Below are positions 32,701-37,914 of a DNA stretch of 37,914 nucleotides, in pieces. Within the stretch, counting starts at the first letter, position 1; each line of letters begins with the position of its first letter. Source of the stretch: Phoronis australis (taxonomy: Eukaryota > Animalia > Phoronida). The notes below the pieces were generated by a model. That model saw only the letters and a program-made list of their open reading frames with translations, was not told where the DNA came from and made no database searches. The stretch spans positions 626,064 to 663,977 of the forward strand of contig NMRA01000152.1 of assembly GCA_002633005.1 (NCBI GenBank). Direction: 5' to 3'. The position numbers were made by a program, and so were the translations under genes.

Positions 32701-35699
32701 AGAGGAATTGTGTTTCATCGGATTTCCTGAAGTCGTCTGTACTTTTTCAGTCACCAACGGCTGCCAAGGACAGCTCGCAGTCAGGCTATGCGACTTCGAT
32801 CCATCGACAAGCAAGTCGACATTAATTANACAACGAAATCGCCATTACCGTCACCACCACCACCGACACCACCACTACTGTTACCACCGGTATAGACGCC
32901 ATCATCCCATCATCATCAACAACACCACCATGACTACCTCCACCACCATCTTCATTGTTGTATTACTTGTGAAGTGGTTTTCTTCTTTCTCTTCTAGAAC
33001 AAGCCTTTCGAAGATCCAGTGCGCTCGATGTCAAAACTCAATTACTTAGCAATAGCCACAGGTGTTCCTTCATGGTTTGGATGGGGTACAGTACCAGACC
33101 TGGCCATCGACCAAACTCTGGCCGAATCCACAAGTCTTGTGTGGCAAACTGATCCTCTCATAGAGGAATTGTGTTTCATCGGATTTCCTGAAGTCGTCTG
33201 TACTTTTTCAGTCACCAACGGCTGCCAAGGACAGCTCGCAGTCAGGCTATGCGACTTCGATCCATCGACAAGCAAGTCGACATTAATTACATATGGAGTT
33301 CTTAACTTGACGCACCTTGAAGGTGACGATGTGTCATCTGTTAAATCTCTCGACGAAGGCCACCAATATAAAGTTCCGGTTAAGTGTAACGCCATTGGCT
33401 ACCGATTGTCTCAAGGTCATTTACTTCGTGTTGCGGTATCGACATCCTACTGGCCCTTGATTTGGCCTTCAAGTTGTGCAAGTGTGCTGAGTATTTTCAA
33501 TGGAGAGTTGCATTTACCCGTCTTCGAAGCGAATCCTGATGAGTTCCGCCGAGCATCTATCGGTCTTGACACAGTTGATGTGGCGGACATACCTCATGTT
33601 GGCTTTGATCTCCCTCGTGAAGTTAATCGGGATCCCGCTTACAGGTTTTAATAAATTTCCCCTTTCTCTGTATATTACTTGAATTTTGGCGTTGGTAAAA
33701 ATTGAAATAACTAACCCATTTACAAAACAATTAAAGGTTCACGTCTTTAAATCGTTTGACTCTTTTCACATGGTAAGTTTTCTTGGCTCTTACTCTGCGA
33801 TTTCAAAGGAGTCTCAGGAGCTCTTCACTGCATGACTCAAAGGTTACATCACGGAGCTATGTTTTACGTTTTGTTCATTTACAGGCATGACGTGCACTTC
33901 AACGCCTTGACAGGTACAACGAAGGTGACCTATGTCAATGACGATGGAGCCGCACTATTGAAAGACACTGGAACATTAATGAGTAGGAAGAACGTAGATA
34001 TTTACACGATAACAGAGGTGAGGCCTTCTCCTCTGTTTACTATTGCTTTAAGTATCGTTGCACTGTCTTAACACTGAGAAGACGAAGTCTTCGAGACAAC
34101 CTGTCACAGTAAGCTGGCTGTCATTTTAGGGAGAGGCATTCTAACTAACCTTAGATCTATTACATAAAATTAAGTTCCCGGGTTGTTTTGAAGACACAAA
34201 GGAATAATAATTTTTACAACCATTTCTGGTTCAAGTATATAATATGTACACAGGTTAGAGGTTTCGCTTTGGAATTCATTAAATAGATCGTTAGTGTTTG
34301 CAGTTATTCGATAGCCAATAACTGATAGAGAAGGAGCATTATATCACCAAGTCCAACTCGATGAGAACCACACAATTAGTAGTTTATTGTAATGCAGCTC
34401 CGAGTTATTCACTGTGCTCTGCACACAGTGGGAGTATCGCTAGGTAGCCATTCTAAGATCGTGGAGACCGGGGGTGGGGGAAGTGTGGCGTCCTTATGGG
34501 GAGGTGATAAAATTGTAGTGACTGAGGGTTACGGCCCATAGCAACAATCGGGGGATGAAAATATTGTGACGACCGGGGGCAGCTCAAGCTACTAGGGCCC
34601 AGACTTTTGTATAGCTTCTAAACTCGAGAAATTTTGGCAATCTGACATTTTTTCAAGTAAGTGCAAACATTGATGCTCTTGCGAAATCTCTAACCTGCTT
34701 ACATACTGCAAAAAAACTTGATTATGAATTTGATCGCCAAGACTATTTTCTTTTCCTTCATAGTAAAAAAGCGATATTTTTTAGTGATTTATATTGTGTA
34801 GTGAAATATTGTTTTAAGTGCCATTTCGACTTCGCTGACTTTACACAAGAAATCAGTGCCACTTACACTCAATGAACAAAACTTTTCATACTGTGATTTA
34901 AAGAGTAAAATCGTCATGTTTGCCTTACAATTCAAACATGACGGTTACGAATTCCATTAGATTCATTGTCACGTGATTATATTGGCAGCATTACAGATCC
35001 GGGGCCCGTTTTATCAAAGTTAATTTGCATACGATTCGTCAACATGTGTCGTGAAGGCGATCGTTCGGTCTTAATGTTAAAAAAGTATCGACAATTGCAA
35101 CGTTATCGTTTTTCTTACTACAGTCGTAGCTACGATCAGGCTCACGATGTTCGATAAAACGGGCTCCAGCTGTGTTAACAAGATGTAACGATTTAAGAGT
35201 AGCGGGTAACATATGATGACGGAGATGTGTGCGAAATATAACCGCAACAAATCTTAAAGCCTCTTGGTTGTAGAAAAGAGATATTTTCAAAATGGAAGAG
35301 AGCATAACGTTGAAAAAGCTTTTGTTTTACATGGTCTAAGATATGTGGTAATTTGCGTTGCCATATTTAACCAGGGACAATGTAACCGTGAATTACACGG
35401 TCTGCAATAGTCAGGAAAGATACTTTCGGTATTGTAAATTAGACTGTTTTTTCTGGCGTTCAATCTTCTACTGTCTTTTTATTTTCAAGGACAATCCACT
35501 GTCTGCTAAGACGTACACACAGTGGGAACAAGCAATGGAATGGCCGGAACTTGATATACGCACACGGGTAGATACAGAGAGTGAAATGGAGGCTGACGAG
35601 CGTCATTTCTATGTAACTAACAGAATGACGGTTTCACTAAATAGTGATGTCATTTTTAATCGTCAATGGAAAGAAACAATTGAGAGAGAATTTGTCTAA
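23733..35699 (+). CDS. CocE/NonD family alpha/beta hydrolase (peptidase S15 / X-Pro dipeptidyl-peptidase / cocaine-esterase-like) with C-terminal PepX_C-type domain, about 723 aa, 10 exons
   Basis: Phase-consistent exons 23733-23959, 24512-24636, 26225-26379, 27454-27556, 30311-30538, 31609-31722, 31909-32138, 32998-33644, 33885-34017 and 35490-35699 total 2172 nt with no internal stop. Family motifs: SDGTRLAMKVWFP, PVVLEYIPYRK, GYVVVRLDIRGAGDSEG, NQPWCNGNVGMCGKSWSG (nucleophile Ser), TDDRYSDDVHYIGG, GGYADGY (Asp), GPWGH (His), RWWDCHLKG, and GHLLRVAVSTSYWPLIWP. Start context is ACCATGG. Confidence 0.93.
25019..25398. mobile_element. PIF/Harbinger-like MITE, copy 2 (same family as 15649-16049)
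   Basis: GGCCCG...CGGGCC termini with a CAG/CAG 3-bp TSD. Shares the interior sequence TTTGGCATTTTCTACTCTACTTTTG...AAGTTCGAGTTTGAACTCGAAATTTCGAG with copy 1. Confidence 0.8.
28769..28837. repeat. Inverted repeat with 21-bp arms
   Basis: CGAGTATTTATACAAGCTTTA / TAAAGCTTGTATAAATATTCG with one mismatch. Confidence 0.7.
28950..30231 (-). mobile_element. Kolobok-type DNA transposon derivative (1282 bp) with about 300-bp inverted arms, in hydrolase intron 4
   Basis: TTAA on both flanks (28946-28949 and 30232-30235). Termini are AGGCGAAGGCAACC...GGTTGCCTTCGCCT. Arms 28950-29260 and 29932-30231 are reverse complements with scattered substitutions. The interior has a decayed THAP and transposase N-terminal coding sequence. 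TTAA TSD, purine (AG) termini and THAP fit Kolobok rather than piggyBac, which has CC termini. Confidence 0.8.
29263..29973 (-). pseudogene. Degenerate THAP-domain transposase 5' fragment (Kolobok-like)
   Basis: The minus strand reads RCCCVPGCTHYRLTRALGRTLHRFPKDDTLRRTWL...SGKHFQPSDYDRDMYAELM, matching the THAP CxxxxC...FP...W...HF pattern. An S/P/T-rich linker follows, then KFIV and, after a frameshift, LELFRRCHVCDEG...LGAQVTIHWECVAGH. It contains stops and frameshifts, and the ATG is deleted. Confidence 0.78.
30594..31068. mobile_element. Non-autonomous foldback DNA transposon with internal 21-bp tandem repeats, IS3EU-like
   Basis: About 60-bp TIRs (TA[A/C]GGTGGCTGT[G/A]AAAGGACGGCAC...GTTGCTAACTCTATCGATAG). 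Flanks CAAGGA (30588-30593) and CAAGGG (31069-31074) are a 6-bp TSD with one mismatch. The interior is an array of TAACTCTATCGATAGACTTAC-like units that switches orientation. Confidence 0.75.
31353..31514. mobile_element. Short palindromic MITE with TGT...ACA ends
   Basis: About 50-bp imperfect inverted arms built from AAATTGTCACAA/TTGTGACAATTT units. No TSD recognised. Confidence 0.55.
32255..32495 (+). repeat. Decayed (ACC)n/(ATC)n simple-sequence tract in hydrolase intron 7
   Basis: Runs of ACC/ACT/ATC triplets explain the Thr-, His- and Val-rich spurious ORFs here. Confidence 0.75.
32369..33289 (+). repeat. 461-bp-period tandem duplication across a single N; probable assembly/haplotype overlap artefact
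   Basis: 32369-32828 repeats at 32830-33289 with a few substitutions, and the junction is exactly the N at 32829. It duplicates the intron end and the first 292 nt of hydrolase exon 8. Confidence 0.85.
35002..35166. mobile_element. Small Harbinger-like MITE
   Basis: TIRs GGGCCCGTTTTATCAAA / TTCGATAAAACGGGCTC; flanks CCG/CAG are an imperfect 3-bp TSD. Confidence 0.6.
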
Positions 35700-36089
35700 A
35701 ATAGGCCTAGTGAACGTAAGCCTCCCATAGCATTATGCAGTGAACGACACGTTAATGGTGTTTTGAATACAAAGTGCGCCCAATTTTATTTCGGGAAGAA
35801 TAATGAACGTATATGCGTAGAAGTAAAAAAACTGACAAAAGGCACTCGAAGAGCACAGACGTCTCAGTCTAAATATCCGTTTTCTTTCACCGCACTTCAT
35901 GTGCTCCTATTCGCCATATTGGAATACTTTGTAAATAACATTTACTAGGTACCCTTTGGTCCCCGTGTACATAAAAGAAACGGTCTGTATGCCTTAAAAC
36001 GTCTTGCTTCTTGTCTTTTTTGGAAACCATGCCAACGGTCTTTGCTAAAGTTTTGTCGACAAAACAAGTCTTTCTATGTACATAATCTG

Positions 36090-36095
36090 TTTATT
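36090..36095 (-). promoter_or_regulatory. Candidate AATAAA polyadenylation signal of the minus-strand paralogue
   Basis: TTTATT on the + strand lies about 250 nt downstream of the TAA at 36345. Confidence 0.45.
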
Positions 36096-36344
36096 GTCTA
36101 CATTTGAGGAATAGCCTACGTTTTGATACAGAAGTGAAGCTGATTGTAAAACCACTGCGTGTAGTCATGCATTTTCCATAACATGAAATGCACGCACATT
36201 ACTTTTATGGGTACTGAAGAGATTTCCTGACTTTGTACTGTTTCACCTAAATGTCATGTAAGTCTAACAGTGTGGTGTTTCTTTGGAGCGCATCTTCGTG
36301 ACTTTGGTGGGCGTTATAAATAATTAAAAACCACTGCTTTCATC

Positions 36345-37512
36345 TTACAATCGGTAGATGTAGAGCATAGACCCCACGAAAACTAAAAGCATGTGCTGAA
36401 AAGTCGCCGTAGACGGAAGATGACCACAACTTTTTGACCCTTCGTCGTAGACACCTTTTTCAATGCTAAGAAGTTTAGCTGTGCAGCACGTTGTTAGTTC
36501 TGTTGTTATAGATGTTCTTGCCTTGGCTAATGCTGAGAATAAAATGTCTTTTGGGACAGACGGGTCTTCGCTCGCTGTGAGAAAAATAAAGGAAATTCAA
36601 AGTGAATATTCTACTTCAGATAGCTACGTGGAATAAACCGTTTGGCTAACTGTTGTGTTTCATTGCTTCTAGGATTTTACTGGATGCACCATTTTAGTTA
36701 CGCTTTCCTGAATATTTCACTACATGATATTATACACGGAAAGCGATAACGAGGTTGAATTCCGTTGACGCACGAATCTTTTCAGAGTAAAGCTAGACCG
36801 TGTGATCACATGCTTGCTTGCAATGCATGGCGAAATGTCGTGAATGCTTGCGTGATCTTGCGTTTTTGCGAGGATATTGCGTCTACGGAACAGGCGCTTG
36901 ATGTATGTAAGAGTTAATACTTTAGGGATATCCTTTATTTCTACTACTTGTTTTCTGGACTATGCAGTTGTTTTTACAGAACTATTTCCCGCAATCCATT
37001 GCACATGAAACATCGCTCCCTCTATTGGTAATAAGGATATTTCAGAATCGTGAACAACTTACTACATTGTGTTTTCATAAATCGGGTTTCTACTTCTTAA
37101 CCTATATACTTACCGGGTGTACACGAGTGACCGGAGATGAAAATCAACACTCGAATGCTGGTCGCAGAGATATCAGGATAGCCTTCGCCGACCGTGACAT
37201 CACTGGACAATACGAATCTACATGTAGAATCACAGGCGTTATTTACATTTGGAATGTTCGAGTTGGCTAGTTTTCTATGAGCAATTTTAAGATATCACCA
37301 AGTAATTAAAACATTTCCAACTTATCTTATCTGACTTCTTGTGCCCCTCGGTGAGGCTTCCAGCCATCGTTGTAAACAAGGACTTGGTTCGTTCCCTCAT
37401 TTTGCCACTAATACCTGTCTAATAATTTACACCTGCAGCCTGACTTATGTCGACATTCTTCATTCAAGAATTCGGGAAGCATATCGCGCAGCTTTTTCCA
37501 CATATCATCCCA
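36345..37512 (-). CDS. 3' exons of a paralogue of the CAP-EGF-ShKT gene (same unnamed C-terminal domain and hydrophobic GPI-like tail); 5' part not seen, probably beyond the window end
   Basis: Minus-strand exons 37512-37415 (WDDMWKKLRDMLPEFLNEECRHKSGCRCKLLD), 37274-37114 (KLANSN...CDSTCRFVLSSDVTVGEGYPDISATSIRVLIFISGHSCTP) and 36574-36345 (SEDPSVPKDILFSALAK...TTCCTAKLLSIEKG...MLLVFVGSMLYIYRL*). Intron phases (0, 2, 1) and motifs match gene 1 exons 14002-14096, 16493-16596 and 17676-17887. That it has a CAP domain is inferred, not seen. Confidence 0.85.
36822..36891 (-). repeat. Dispersed ~70-bp repeat, copy 3 (last intron of the paralogue)
   Basis: The reverse complement reads GTTCCGTAGACGCAATATCCTCGCAAAAACGCAAGATCACGCAAGCATTCACGACATTTCGCCATGCATT. 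Confidence 0.7.
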
Positions 37513-37914
37513 CTGAAATCGAATATAGAATGTGAAAAACACTTGCATTTTATATTTAATTGTGCGAGAATATTTTTGAAACCTAACGAAGCATGCAGTA
37601 AGGGTTTCAATAGAGAACACTTACAGAGACTAGAAATAACTTAACAAAACTGATAGCTCTCGAAAGCAAGACAAGGCAACAGCGCTCCGTAAACCGAATA
37701 CATTAGAAATGCGGCAAAAAATCCTCGATTATTGAACGGAAACAGTTTCGATACCATAATTCATAAAATATATCCCATAATTCAACATTCCCACCTCATC
37801 GACTAATCACGTCAGTTTCCGCCATTTTGCTAGGTTACGTTGGTAAGACCTCGAGCATACTCGCGGAACACGCGCCTATTACTTGCGTGACTTTAAATTT
37901 TCTCCCAAGAAACT

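Noticed and set aside
32558-33049. 163-aa ORF with a His-rich segment
   Set aside because: It is a chimera across the N at 32829 that reads into the duplicated intronic ACC tract.
23733-35699. Bacterial contamination as the source of the hydrolase
   Set aside because: The gene has nine canonical GT-AG introns containing eukaryotic transposons and is contiguous with animal-type genes.
37811-37830. Minus-strand CAAAATGGCG (YY1/Kozak-like) giving MAETD before a GT, as first exon of the paralogue
   Set aside because: It is in phase with the next exon, but the donor is weak (gtgatt) and the product would be a GPI-tailed protein with no signal peptide. The true upstream exons more likely lie outside the window.

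Overview
This is AT-rich eukaryotic genomic DNA with GT-AG introns. It is most likely from an invertebrate animal (inferred from gene content). Most listed ORFs are spurious or exon fragments. Hand-splicing with consistent reading phases gives four genes. (1) A + strand CAP/SCP-domain protein with EGF-like, ShKT, Thr/Pro-rich, EGF-like and an unnamed Cys-containing C-terminal module plus a GPI-like tail; 10 exons at 6159-17887, N-terminus not found. (2) A - strand secreted two-domain Kazal inhibitor; 4 coding exons at 19796-21138. (3) A + strand, complete, 10-exon, about 723 aa bacterial-type CocE/NonD (S15) serine hydrolase at 23733-35699. (4) The last three exons of a - strand paralogue of gene 1 at 36345-37512, almost absent from the ORF track. 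Introns carry many transposon relics: a TTAA-flanked Kolobok-type element built from two copies of the same end with a decayed THAP/transposase gene, an IS3EU-like foldback element, Harbinger-like MITEs, a Penelope-like GIY-YIG fragment and tRNA-derived SINE heads. The main leads are the intron-bearing bacterial-type hydrolase inside a secreted/surface protein cluster, the unnamed membrane-proximal domain shared by the two paralogues, and an exon of gene 1 apparently split by a 1.8 kb segment bounded by a 17-bp direct repeat. The 461-bp duplication at 32369-33289 is probably an assembly artefact. I saw no prokaryotic-type system such as a CRISPR array or operon. All alignments were done by eye and no database searches were run.
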